Below, piece after piece: positions 19,609-29,704 of a DNA stretch of 64,000 nt. Source of the stretch: Patescibacteria group bacterium (GTDB lineage: Bacteria; Patescibacteriota; Patescibacteriia; JACRDY01); NCBI GenBank assembly GCA_041653535.1, contig JBAZFH010000002.1, forward strand, positions 80,160 through 144,159. Direction: 5' to 3'. The first letter of the stretch is position 1, and every line of letters starts with the position of its first letter. A program made the translations under genes and the position numbers. Below the pieces are notes generated by a model. That model made no database searches, had not been told where the DNA came from, and saw only the letters and a program-made list of their open reading frames with translations.

Positions 19609-20259
19609 TTGTTGTTTTCCTAAGATAAACTCAGCGGCTAAATTAAACTTATGCCTATTTAAGGGTCGAGTGGCTTTTACTCGACTTATTTTTTTTGTAT
19701 GCTTATCGGGGTCAAATAAAATTAATCCTATATTATGTTTTTTAAGTAGCTCGCGGTCTACTAGATGACCTCTAGCAGCTGGCATGGCTAGGTATGCTTT
19801 ATTAGCAAAAGATTTATATCTATTGGCTTGCACAAATCCCTTTTTCCAATCTTTAAGTTTGGCTTCAATGGCAATGATTTCTTTAGCGATGGGCATCCAA
19901 CCATTTATCTTGAAATAGTATTTGTTATCAACTTTTTTTATAAAGCCATTATTTTCTAGGGTTTTTAAATATTTATATTTTAGAGTTGCCTTTGGAATAT
20001 TTAGATTTTTAGTTAGGCTGTTTAGGTCAACTTTTTTATTAGCGCCTAGCTCTGGCAAGTAATCAAAAATTTTAAAAAATTCCTCATTTTTTATTTTTTT
20101 GTATTGTTTGTTTTTGTTTCTGATGGCGCACTTATCTGGATTGACTCTAAATAGGACTAAATCTGCAACCCCATAACCAACGCCAACCTCCCTTTTGGTT
20201 AAGAAACCTTCCTTAATGAATTTTTCTTCCAAAAGTTTGACAAATTTTTTTTCTGTCAT
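19588..20259 (-). CDS. PD-(D/E)xK-fold nuclease with inserted winged-helix domain
   Basis: GYGVADLVLF ... IAIEAKLKDWKKGFVQANRY (D...ExK) with a wHTH segment between; converges on the PIN gene with ~20-nt overlap. Confidence 0.5.
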   Translation of the reverse strand: MTEKKFVKLLEEKFIKEGFLTKREVGVGYGVADLVLFRVNPDKCAIRNKNKQYKKIKNEEFFKIFDYLPELGANKKVDLNSLTKNLNIPKATLKYKYLKTLENNGFIKKVDNKYYFKINGWMPIAKEIIAIEAKLKDWKKGFVQANRYKSFANKAYLAMPAARGHLVDRELLKKHNIGLILFDPDKHTKKISRVKATRPLNRHKFNLAAEFILGKQQLKKCFS

Positions 20260-20357
20260 AATAAAATTATAGCATAGTTTAAAGTAATACTGAAATCCAC
20301 AGTCATCCGCCCCGTTAGGGTTTTTATTACCCCAGATTTTTTATTGGAATTTTGTGT

Positions 20358-20660
20358 TTAAGGTGCATCGACAGTATCTACGGTTTCTAAGTCGTCTAGA
20401 GCCCATTCCATATCATCGCAGCTAGACCATGAATAGTCTTGAGCATCTTCTATGTTAGAATTACACTCCTCTATGTTGTTGTTGGCTTGTTCTAGGGCAT
20501 CTTGATAACTATAAAGTTGGTTTTCACAATAGTAAAGTTGGCTGTCGTAATAGAGAAGTTGGTTTTTCATTTCCTCTGTAGCTTGATTATTTTTCCATAT
20601 CCAAATACCACAAACTAGTATAACTAAAAAGATTAAAATTTTTAGCTGTTTTACCCCCAT
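20358..20660 (-). CDS. membrane-anchored acidic small protein
   Basis: N-terminal TM helix, acidic Cys-containing C-terminus. Confidence 0.35.
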   Translation of the reverse strand: MGVKQLKILIFLVILVCGIWIWKNNQATEEMKNQLLYYDSQLYYCENQLYSYQDALEQANNNIEECNSNIEDAQDYSWSSCDDMEWALDDLETVDTVDAP

Positions 20661-20848
20661 ATATTAATCATTTTTTTTAATCAATTCTTTCCAAACGTAA
20701 ATAGTTAATATTACGAACGGTATTGGTGCTAACGCAATTGCATCACTGTTCGGCTTTTCAATTATAACCGACCAAGCGAAGTAAACCGATAGAATTAGAA
20801 TGATAATTCTGAGCCAACGAAAAAAATTTTTCATATAAATAAATTAAT

Positions 20849-21247
20849 TTATTTTTTCTTAGCTAGCCAATATCCACCAGCTCCAGCTCCGCCTAGTCCC
20901 AAAACCCAAGCCCAGGTATTATCTGATTTATCAGAAGAATCTTGTTCGGAGTTGATTTTAGCAATTGGTCGCTGATTAACTTCGAGTTTAGGGATTTCAT
21001 ATTCTGGTGCGGGTTCTGTTGTTCCTGTCCCATTAGCTCCGTAAGTGCTTTTTATGGGCTCTTCTGGCTGAGGCAAAGCTTTAGCTTGGTGGCAATGATA
21101 TTCGCCCGTGCCGAGACCCCAAGAGGAGCAATTTGTTCGACAGGTATGACAACCAGAAGCATCGGTTCTGCCAGGATGTGCTTGAGCAATCAGAACAAAG
21201 CTAAAAGAGGCAATAAATAGTGCTATAGATAGGGATACTTTGTACAT
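20849..21247 (-). CDS. secreted YHYH-like small protein with C-terminal hydrophobic anchor
   Basis: signal peptide; HPGRTDASGCH...GEYHCH resembles YHYH-domain proteins; C-terminal GLGGAGAGGYWLAKKK. Confidence 0.4.
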   Translation of the reverse strand: MYKVSLSIALFIASFSFVLIAQAHPGRTDASGCHTCRTNCSSWGLGTGEYHCHQAKALPQPEEPIKSTYGANGTGTTEPAPEYEIPKLEVNQRPIAKINSEQDSSDKSDNTWAWVLGLGGAGAGGYWLAKKK

Positions 21248-21499
21248 ACTTTAATCATATCGGAAAATGGTGATAATTTAAATAGGGCGCTTTTGTTTCA
21301 AGAAAATAAACCCGTAGAGTTTCAATTATCTCAATCAATCCGTTTCTAACTTCCTTTCGCCCGCCACCCCATAAAAAAGCATTTGCCTTTTGGCATAATG
21401 CTTTTTTATTTTGTAAGACTGAGGGGTTTGAACGGTCCGCCAGCTGGCGGATGCCCAGGGCGATGAACCCAGCTGCGGGGCTCTGCAGCTGGGGACGAG

Positions 21500-21517
21500 A
21501 TCCCGATAGCCACCCCA
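21500..21517 (+). repeat. attR: 18-nt direct repeat of the tRNA-His 3' end
   Basis: exact match to 13792-13809. Confidence 0.65.
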
Positions 21518-21882
21518 TGAAAAATTCTCACCGCTTCGGCGGTTGAGAGGTTTTTATTTTTTTAATTTTAAAAGGCTTGCCTTGCGGCAAGTCTTTATAA
21601 TTTTTAGTTATCAGGGGTTGACGTAGTGGTCAAACCTGTTATACTAACCGCACTTATGGTTCAGCTTGAGCCTAGGATAATAAATAAAGACAAAGGTATG
21701 ACACATTTTGATGATGAGAACACTGAAGCTACCGCTACCGAAGCTACCGAAGCTGAGGTTACTCCTGAAGCAACAGAAGAAGAAACTGTTGCTACCCCAG
21801 AAGAGACTGGCGACCAAGCCGTCTAACTCTCCAGCGATTATTCGCTAAAAAAAGTAGAGCCCTTAAATTGGGCCCTATTTTT

Positions 21883-23046
21883 TTATTTAATCGCGTTAGC
21901 CACTGTCGCAACTAATCCCGGATCAAAAGCGCTTGGTAATATATTGTCTTTTTTTGGCTCCACCACCCGGGCGGCGATATTTTCCGCAGCTTTGGTTAAC
22001 ATTTTATCGGTGATTTTGACCACTTTATTGTCCAGCGCTCCGCGAAAAATTCCCGGAAAAGCCAAGACATTGTTTATTTGGTTGGCAAAATCAGATCGTC
22101 CGGTGGCAACTATTAGCGCTCCAGCAGCTAGCGCCTCGTCGGGCATGATTTCCGGTGTGGGGTTAGCCATGGCAAAAATTATTGGGTCAGGATTCATCAA
22201 TTTAATCAGTTCCGGTTTTAAAGCTCCGGCGACGCTAACACCGATAAAAATATCCGCACCTTTTAGCGCGTCAGCTAGGCTACCTTTGATGCAAGCGGTG
22301 TCATCCTGATCGCGGAGACAAGCTAGGTTGGTGAGCTTGGCCAACTTTTCTTTAATCGGATTGAGACCGTCGCGGTTTTTATAAATAGCGCCTTGGCTGT
22401 CACAAACGACGATATTAATAAAACCATAAGCAAGTAAAAAATTAGTAATAGCCAGCCCGGCTGCTCCGGCACCACTGACAACTACGCGTACAGACTCTTT
22501 TTTTTGCCCTTTGACTTTTAACGCGTTAATTAACGCTGCTAGCACTACTACTGCTGTTCCCTGCTGATCATCGTGGATTACCGGAATCGACAGTTCGTTT
22601 CTCAGTCTTTCCAAAATTTCGAAGCATCTTGGCGAGGAAATGTCTTCGAGATTGATCCCGCCAAAAACCGGAGCGAGCTGTTTAACCGCTCTAATAATTT
22701 CTTCCGTATCTTGTGTGTCCAGGCAAATAGGAAAAGCGTCCACTCCGCCCAACTCTTTAAACAGTAATGCCTTCCCTTCCATTACCGGGATGGCGGCGAG
22801 CGGACCGAGGTTGCCCAGACCTAAAACGGCAGAACCGTCGGAAATAATCGCGATCGTATTTTTTTTGAGAGTGTATTCATAAGCCAGCTGCGGATCACGG
22901 GCGATCTCTTGGGAAACCTTGCCCACGCCAGGCGTGTATGCCAGCGACATGTCTTGTTTGGTTTTGAGTGGTACTTTACTGCGCACCTCCAGTTTGCCCT
23001 GATATTTTCTATGCAAATCTAGAGCCGCTTGTTCGATTGGGGTCAT
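21883..23046 (-). CDS. NAD(P)-dependent malic enzyme (short form)
   Basis: N-terminal malic-enzyme domain (LAYTPGVG...) and Rossmann NAD-binding domain (VVSGAGAAG). Confidence 0.9.
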   Translation of the reverse strand: MTPIEQAALDLHRKYQGKLEVRSKVPLKTKQDMSLAYTPGVGKVSQEIARDPQLAYEYTLKKNTIAIISDGSAVLGLGNLGPLAAIPVMEGKALLFKELGGVDAFPICLDTQDTEEIIRAVKQLAPVFGGINLEDISSPRCFEILERLRNELSIPVIHDDQQGTAVVVLAALINALKVKGQKKESVRVVVSGAGAAGLAITNFLLAYGFINIVVCDSQGAIYKNRDGLNPIKEKLAKLTNLACLRDQDDTACIKGSLADALKGADIFIGVSVAGALKPELIKLMNPDPIIFAMANPTPEIMPDEALAAGALIVATGRSDFANQINNVLAFPGIFRGALDNKVVKITDKMLTKAAENIAARVVEPKKDNILPSAFDPGLVATVANAIK

Positions 23047-23163
23047 ATTTTTTTAGATTAATTCAAGAAGTGATTAAATTTTAGTCTTTTTGGGTTGTCC
23101 TGTCTAGTAAACGGAGGTAAAAAGAAAAACCGCTCCGCTATGTAGTGGAACGGTTGTTTTGGT

Positions 23164-23580
23164 TTATTTGGCGAGCGCCTTCTGTCGTAAGAGGCCATTT
23201 TTGATCTCGTCGCCTTTACCGACGATAATTTTGACGAGACGTCGGTTGTCGAGATTGTAGACAACAATTAGGTGAGTGATGATCTGGGAAGGCTTCACGA
23301 GAGAGAAAATCAATTCCCAATCCTTTTCGTTGTTTTTCGGCGATGGGGCTTTTTCGATTTTGAGGTGAGGGTTTTGGAAATCAATGTCTTCGAACCATGC
23401 CATCCAGATCTCGTGGCGTTTATTGACGCACGGGTTTTCAATTTTTGCGAAGTCAGCAATACCTTCTTTTTCCTTGTATTTGGTGACGAAGATGTGTGTT
23501 CTGTACGCGTACCATTCTTTTCTCACCGCCCACAAAAAAGGAAAATCCCGCAACATTCGCACCATTCTCTTGTGTAACAT
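23164..23580 (-). CDS. hypothetical protein
   Basis: 138-aa ORF; weak resemblance of the C-terminus to RelE/ParE-type toxins, not supported further. Confidence 0.35.
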   Translation of the reverse strand: MLHKRMVRMLRDFPFLWAVRKEWYAYRTHIFVTKYKEKEGIADFAKIENPCVNKRHEIWMAWFEDIDFQNPHLKIEKAPSPKNNEKDWELIFSLVKPSQIITHLIVVYNLDNRRLVKIIVGKGDEIKNGLLRQKALAK

Positions 23581-23757
23581 TTTTCCTCCCCATCTTTAAG
23601 CTCGATCGAGCCGGGTCGGGATTGGAGGCAAAATTGCCTCGGTCTTTGTTTTTACCATAGTAGCCACTTTTTGTCAATATACTAGTGATTTTATGAAAAA
23701 GAAAAAGACCCTTGAAGTTATCGCTGGGTCTTGATATTAACTTGTTTTGTCGGAAGC

Positions 23758-24360
23758 CTAATTTGCCTCGGCTTCCTTGTTTTTTGACTCAATCGGTTCC
23801 GGAGAACATTCCGGAGGGTAATAACCGATCGTTTTATAAACGGTCGTTCGAAATTTTGCCAACATCATAATTTTTTCCAACCCCTGCGCTTTGATGACAA
23901 TGGCAAGGGAGACAGCGGCGATTTCCGCCGCAAACAAGATGGTGGCAGGAATGGCAACCATCCACCCTGTGGCGCCGGAGAAATATGTCGCCGCCGTAAG
24001 CATAACGGAAGCGGCAAAGAAAATAACCGACTGAATGAGTCCGATAATACTCATTTTTTTGTCGGCTGTTTTGTACGTTTCTCTTAGCCAAAGAGAACCT
24101 TCTTGGTAGTACATTTCAATCTGCGCCGGGTTTTCTTTGGCGGCAATGACAACGAGCATTTTTCGGCACGTTTGTGCGAGAACGTCATTGTCGTTTTTCG
24201 CCATACACAGTTGCAAAGCTCGTTCATAGTTCGCCGCTTCCACGAGCCTGGTTAGCCCATGGATAAACCCTCCGGCGCTATATTGTTTTTTTATTTGTCG
24301 TTTAGTTAAAACTACCCCAAGCACCATCAAAATAGTCATCGCCCAAAACAAATAAATCAT
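23758..24360 (-). CDS. membrane hypothetical protein
   Basis: 200-aa ORF with 3-4 TM helices. Confidence 0.45.
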   Translation of the reverse strand: MIYLFWAMTILMVLGVVLTKRQIKKQYSAGGFIHGLTRLVEAANYERALQLCMAKNDNDVLAQTCRKMLVVIAAKENPAQIEMYYQEGSLWLRETYKTADKKMSIIGLIQSVIFFAASVMLTAATYFSGATGWMVAIPATILFAAEIAAVSLAIVIKAQGLEKIMMLAKFRTTVYKTIGYYPPECSPEPIESKNKEAEAN

Positions 24361-24578
24361 TCTTTTTCCTCCTTTTTAGTAGGTGTTTTTGTCAAAGTAT
24401 CATTATACAATATCATAAGTTTTTATTTCTGTCAATCTTTTTAAGATTTATTATCTATTTTAGATAAATATTAATATCTATGTCTATTTAAAGTTTTTTG
24501 TTATTCTTTAGCTACTTGACAGCTATGTTAGAAATATATAACATAGGGGTATAAACTAATAATTAAACAAAAAGCATT

Positions 24579-25124
24579 ATGACCGCCAAACAATTTTTAT
24601 TTTTTAAATTAATAGTAGTGGTGATTCTGGCCGGCGTTGTCTCCTCTTTTATTACTGTCGGTAATTATGTAATACCGCTTTTGGTATTAATGACAGCAGG
24701 AGTGCTTCTTTATTTTATAAAAAAAAGAGTCAAGGATGTTATGGAAGACGAACGCGATTTTGAAATCGCCGGCAAAGCCGCCAGGTATGCGATGACAATT
24801 TTCAGCTTAGTTGGTGGAGTGGTTATTATTGTTATTTTTGCTTTACGCCATACCAATCCAGATTTAGAGCTGGTCGGCTCAGTGTTTGCTTATGCGGTTT
24901 GTTTTTTGTTGCTTTGTTACAGCCTGTTATTTAAATATTTTCAACAATCTCCCGGCAGCCGTCGACGATATGTTTTGTCGGTTGTAATAGTGGTCGTACT
25001 CTTTTGTTTGTTGGTTTTTGGTTTGCGCTTATTTTCCGGTGAAGATAATTGGATTTGCCAAGGCGGGCAATGGTTACAACACGGTCAACCCGACTTTCCC
25101 GCTCCCGCAGAATCTTGCAGATAA
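24579..25124 (+). CDS. DUF2178-like membrane protein
   Basis: 4 TM helices with a MEDERDFEIAGKA segment; immediately followed by an XRE regulator, a known pairing. Confidence 0.45.
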   Translation: MTAKQFLFFKLIVVVILAGVVSSFITVGNYVIPLLVLMTAGVLLYFIKKRVKDVMEDERDFEIAGKAARYAMTIFSLVGGVVIIVIFALRHTNPDLELVGSVFAYAVCFLLLCYSLLFKYFQQSPGSRRRYVLSVVIVVVLFCLLVFGLRLFSGEDNWICQGGQWLQHGQPDFPAPAESCR

Positions 25125-25133
25125 GCTTTGTTT

Positions 25134-25328
25134 ATGCAAAATAAAATAAAAGAGTTACGAAACAAGCTAGGGCTGACTCAGGAATATCTTGCCAGCAAAG
25201 TTGGCGTGCGGCGCGAGACCATAGTTTTTCTCGAACAGGGGAAATATAATCCTTCGCTACAACTAGCGCACAATATAGCCGTAGTGCTAGAGGTGAAGGT
25301 TGACGATTTATTTTTATTTGAAAAATAG
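25134..25328 (+). CDS. XRE-family helix-turn-helix transcriptional regulator
   Basis: [32 protein letters not shown] classic HTH_3. Confidence 0.8.
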   Translation: MQNKIKELRNKLGLTQEYLASKVGVRRETIVFLEQGKYNPSLQLAHNIAVVLEVKVDDLFLFEK

Positions 25329-25530
25329 ACGGTTGGCAAAATAAAGAAGAGAAATCCGTTTTATTATGCGGCAGAACGGATTTTTAAATTATTTTGTGAT
25401 AAATTTGTGAAAAAATAACGCGCCTGAGCGCCAATTTCGCCGTCTTCGGCAGTGATGATTGGGGCTTGTGGTTCTTCGCTAAGATCGAAAAAAAAATGAT
25501 CAAGGTAGATAATGGGATAAAACGGTTTGA

Positions 25531-25929
<399 letters not shown>

Positions 25930-25964
25930 TGGCTAGACTTTAGTCTCTATATAACTCCTACCCA

Positions 25965-25994
25965 CTTTGGGTGGGAGTTTTTAGTTAAAAAATT
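25965..25994 (+). terminator. intrinsic terminator
   Basis: ctcctacccactttgggtgggagttttt. Confidence 0.6.
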
Positions 25995-26027
25995 TTTAAA
26001 ACCCCGGGAGTTGTCCCGGGGTTTTTG

Positions 26028-26318
26028 TCAGCCGTTTGCCGCTTTTTCCCTTTCTTTAATTTTCAGTTTGTCGTGTTGTTTGCTGTCTCCGACAAAGGAA
26101 AAAGCATCAAGCTGTTCTCTCTCAAGAATTTCCGTTACTGCGGCGGAAATCCTTTCTTCATCCGGACAATGGTCGCCGGACCCTAGATTATATCGTAGGT
26201 GCATAACCAGCATCGCCACCGCCATATCTTTGCCGATTATTTCGATCACCATGTTGATTCCCTTGATGCCGTCGGTTTCAAGAATTTTTGCCGCTCGCTG
26301 CAGCACTTCAGAAATCAT
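26028..26318 (-). CDS. hypothetical protein
   Basis: 96-aa ORF. Confidence 0.35.
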   Translation of the reverse strand: MISEVLQRAAKILETDGIKGINMVIEIIGKDMAVAMLVMHLRYNLGSGDHCPDEERISAAVTEILEREQLDAFSFVGDSKQHDKLKIKEREKAANG

Positions 26319-26446
26319 TTATAAATCCTCCCTTTTTTAAGACCTCGATTTGATTTTATAGCTTAAGCTGTTCTCTCATTTTTGTCAATATTTTACCCGC
26401 TAAAGAAAAAACGCTCTAGGTGTCTAGGGCGTTTTTTAAAAAAAAG

Positions 26447-26788
26447 TTAATCTTCTTCCGGCTGAAGGCGTTTTTCCAAATCCCGGAAAAAATTTGTCAT
26501 GCTGGCAATTTCCATTTGAATATCTCGGATAATTTTCAGCGTTCGGATCCGGGAATTTATGTCCGCCGTCAGTTCTTCAATCGTCTGCGCGTTTGCGCCG
26601 TTGCCGTTGACGACATTCATGAGAGTGATGAGCATGTCTTGATCGGTGTTTTTTATGGCTTGTTCCAAGATGTTGATTAGTTCCGAAATGTCTTTATCCA
26701 GCCAGTCAAAAGAAAGCCCTGCCATCTGACCCAGTTTGGTAGCGAAATTGCCAGCCAAATGAGAAAAATTTTTTCTATCCAGAGCCAT
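26447..26788 (-). CDS. hypothetical helical protein (possibly PhoU/DUF47-like)
   Basis: 113-aa all-helical ORF; family assignment weak. Confidence 0.3.
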   Translation of the reverse strand: MALDRKNFSHLAGNFATKLGQMAGLSFDWLDKDISELINILEQAIKNTDQDMLITLMNVVNGNGANAQTIEELTADINSRIRTLKIIRDIQMEIASMTNFFRDLEKRLQPEED

Positions 26789-26909
26789 TATTGCCTCCTT
26801 GGTAGGGGGAAGAGAGTATTTACTCTTGGTTAAAATGTTCAGTGTCGTTTATGTTAGGTTACAGTCGGGTAAAAGTCAAGAATATTAGGGTTTTACTTTT
26901 GTTCCGGTA

Positions 26910-27488
26910 TTGTTAGAATATGTTATATATATGACAAGCGGTAATATCAAAAAAATAACCGATTACGTGTTTATTAACTCCGTACCTTGCCGAGCCGACG
27001 TAGCAATAGTTTTTGGCACTAGGCATTCCGAGCCAATAGACCTGGTCGCGAAATTGTGTCAGAATGGTCATGTTGAGAAAGTCGTATTGTCTGGTGGTGT
27101 TAACAGTCAAACAGGACAAGTAGAGGCCGAGGTAATGAAAAATCTTTTGGTTGGAATCGGAATAGACGAGAGTCGATTGATAGTAGAGAATCGTTCAACC
27201 AACACGCTAGAAAACGTTATTTTCTCAAAAAATGTGATCAGCGAGCAAATCGGTCTGGAAAAAATTGGAACTATCATTGCGGTGGTAAAACATTTCCATG
27301 CTAGACGCGCCGTCATGACTCTTCGAAAACATTTTCCTAAAAATATAAAAATAGTGCCGGTAGCTTACGATATCCACGGCTTCGGCAAAGAAGACTGGTA
27401 TAATTGCGATGATGGTATCGAGAAAGTGATGGGAGAGTTGGAAAAAATAGAAAAATATCTAGATAAAGGAGATATTGAGGAATTATAA
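26910..27488 (+). CDS. DUF218 (YdcF/ElyC-like) protein
   Basis: ENRSTNTLENV and surrounding fold motif of DUF218. Confidence 0.55.
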   Translation: MLEYVIYMTSGNIKKITDYVFINSVPCRADVAIVFGTRHSEPIDLVAKLCQNGHVEKVVLSGGVNSQTGQVEAEVMKNLLVGIGIDESRLIVENRSTNTLENVIFSKNVISEQIGLEKIGTIIAVVKHFHARRAVMTLRKHFPKNIKIVPVAYDIHGFGKEDWYNCDDGIEKVMGELEKIEKYLDKGDIEEL

Positions 27489-27497
27489 AAAATTATT

Positions 27498-28709
27498 ATG
27501 CTTTATTATTTTATCCTAGGACAATCGTCTAAACTATCCGTTGCTGAAATCTGCGCTTATTTGCAGAGAGCCGGTATCGATTTTAAAATAAACAAATTTT
27601 CCGACGAAGTATTGGTTTTAGAGACTAAAAAAGAAATTGACGCAGAAAAGACTTTAGACTGTCTGGGCGGCACTATAAAAATCGGACAGATACTGCTTGA
27701 CTCGCCTTCAATCAAAATTTCTCCAGAACTTGTTACCTCCAAGCTAAAAGTATCAACAACCGATTCCAAGTTTCATTTTGGTTTTTCTACTTATCAACTG
27801 GTCAAATACAATTTCCGTCTGCCGCGAAATTTCGGTCTGGAGGTAAAACGTTTACTAAAACAAAAAGGTATTTCTTCGCGGCTAGTTACTTCCAACGAAC
27901 CAAATCTTTCCTCTGTTACTGTGGCCAAAAATCGCCTACTCAAAAACGGCGCAGAGATTTGTTTGATTATTGACAAAGATAAAGTCTATATCGGTCAAAC
28001 GTTGGCAGTGCAAAAATTCGGTGAATATTCACGACTAGACTATGGTCGACCGGGACGCGACAGTCTTTCCGGTATGTTGCCACCAAAAGTAGCCAAGATG
28101 ATGGTTAATATTGCGGCGATAGAAAGCAGTAAAGCAAAAATTTTGGATCCGTTTTGCGGCAGCGGAACAGTACTGCAAGAAGCGGCATTGCTTGGTTATA
28201 CCGATCTGATCGGTTCGGATATTTCGACAAAGGCGATCGAAGACACTAAAAAGAATTGGGAGTTTCTTACTGCCAGTAGTTCATCGGTAGTCGATAGTCA
28301 TTTAGATATTCATGTTCTTGACGCCACTAGACTTTTTTTAAAAATTAAACCAGGCTCTGTTGATACTATCGTTACCGAACCGTTTCTTGGTCCCCCGCTG
28401 CGAGGCGGCGAATCGTTGAGAGAGATTAAAGAAATTACCGATAAGCTTGCGGCATTATATTTTAAATCCTTTGGTGAGTTTAAAAAAGTATTAAAACCTG
28501 GCGCCAAAGTAGTGATAATTTTCCCGATAGTAAAAAGCCGACCGTCTATTGGCAACGATCAGCTAGAGCAGATAAAAAAACTTGGTTTTACTTCGGATTG
28601 GGATTTGCCCAAAGGAGTTGAATCTATTTTGACAGAGCGACAGTCGATCATCTATTCTCGACCAGGGCAAAGAGTAGAAAGAGAAATATTTGTTTTTAAA
28701 TTAAAATAA
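27498..28709 (+). CDS. SAM-dependent RNA methyltransferase (THUMP/RlmL/Trm14-like)
   Basis: DPFCGSGT motif I; TEPFLGPP motif IV-like; N-terminal THUMP-like region. Confidence 0.6.
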   Translation: MLYYFILGQSSKLSVAEICAYLQRAGIDFKINKFSDEVLVLETKKEIDAEKTLDCLGGTIKIGQILLDSPSIKISPELVTSKLKVSTTDSKFHFGFSTYQLVKYNFRLPRNFGLEVKRLLKQKGISSRLVTSNEPNLSSVTVAKNRLLKNGAEICLIIDKDKVYIGQTLAVQKFGEYSRLDYGRPGRDSLSGMLPPKVAKMMVNIAAIESSKAKILDPFCGSGTVLQEAALLGYTDLIGSDISTKAIEDTKKNWEFLTASSSSVVDSHLDIHVLDATRLFLKIKPGSVDTIVTEPFLGPPLRGGESLREIKEITDKLAALYFKSFGEFKKVLKPGAKVVIIFPIVKSRPSIGNDQLEQIKKLGFTSDWDLPKGVESILTERQSIIYSRPGQRVEREIFVFKLK

Positions 28710-28769
28710 TTTTTTGAGTGGATCAAAAAAACTGGCAGGGATTACCCCGCCGATTTTTTGGGAAAATAG

Positions 28770-28802
28770 AAACCCCGTACTAATAAAGTACGGGGTATTT
28801 TG
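28770..28802 (+). terminator. intrinsic terminator
   Basis: aaaccccgtactaataaagtacggggtatttt. Confidence 0.6.
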
Positions 28803-29227
28803 TTAAGGCGGGAGTTAACCGTGCGACCGTTGTCCTAGACTAACGACTAGGAACAATCGCTCTACCACTCCCAAGGAGAAATGATCACCCCCTCTCATAG
28901 GAACGAGTTGTTTAAAACCTCATTTTTTCGGACGAAGTTTTTCAACAGCCTCATTTCTCCCCCTCCTTTCTTAGGCAGGCTGGGTTAATCGAAATAGCGG
29001 TCCAACAACCAAAAGGCGCCGTTACCTATCAGCTCTTTGGCCGTTCCGCCGATCTCCTGATAAACCGGAAGTGCCAGTTTATCATAGAGATATTGGAGCA
29101 AAAAGACATAAAAAAACGGAGGGCAAATTGCGCATAGAAAAAGTTTTTCTTTGGCATTCATTTTTTTCCCTCCTTTGGTATTTTTCTTGATGTTCTAAAT
29201 ATATTGTAGCGCGTTCGTGGAAAAAAG

Positions 29228-29292
29228 CTAGGTGGTAGCTGGTAGTTGGTAGCTGGGGATAAATAGGAGATTGGTAGGTGGTAATTAGGGGT
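29228..29292. repeat. low-complexity GGTAG/TAGG tract (left arm of inverted repeat flanking a four-helix-bundle gene)
   Basis: gctaggtggtagctggtagttggtagctgggg...ggtaggtggtaattagggg; inverted partner at 29705-29733. Confidence 0.55.
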
Positions 29293-29340
29293 AAAAAGTT
29301 TAGATATTTTTAACATCTTATCCTTTATTCTGATTCTATT

Positions 29341-29703
29341 ATGAGTAATTCAATAAAAGACTTTACGGATTTAGAAACCTGGTGGGAAGCCCAGCGCCTA
29401 CTTTTAGAAATCTATAAAACAACCGAAGACTTTCCTAAAGACGAACTTTTTGGGTTAGTTAGTCAGATTAGAAGAGCTTCTGTTTCTGTTACGTCAAACA
29501 TTGCCGAAGGTTTTTCTAGGTATTCTTTGGCGGAGAAAACAAGATTTTATAATATAGCCTATAGTTCTGTCGTCGAAGTTTATAATCAATTGATTGCAGC
29601 TAAAGACTTGGGTTATATAAAAAAAGAATGCTTCGAACAAAACATTTTGATTATAATCAGCGTCAAAAAATTGATTAACGGTTTGATAAAAAGTCTCTGT
29701 TAG
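29341..29703 (+). CDS. four-helix-bundle protein (TIGR02436; 23S rRNA intervening-sequence protein family)
   Basis: FPKDELFGLVSQIRRASVSVTSNIAEGFSR family signature. Confidence 0.8.
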   Translation: MSNSIKDFTDLETWWEAQRLLLEIYKTTEDFPKDELFGLVSQIRRASVSVTSNIAEGFSRYSLAEKTRFYNIAYSSVVEVYNQLIAAKDLGYIKKECFEQNILIIISVKKLINGLIKSLC

Positions 29704-29704
29704 T

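Larger units (their letters stand above)
13792..21517. mobile_element. integrative genomic island in the 3' end of tRNA-His, bounded by an 18-nt direct repeat
   Basis: atcccgatagccacccca at 13792-13809 (tRNA 3' end) and 21500-21517; large serine recombinase abuts the tRNA; cargo of small, defence-like and secreted proteins. Confidence 0.65.

Noticed and set aside
21255-21518. ORF 21255-21518 (-)
   Set aside because: It overlaps the attR repeat and a GC-rich junction; no RBS or family. It is likely not a gene, though not formally excluded
23164-23580. RelE/ParE toxin call for the 138-aa ORF
   Set aside because: Only a vague C-terminal resemblance and no adjacent antitoxin ORF; kept as hypothetical
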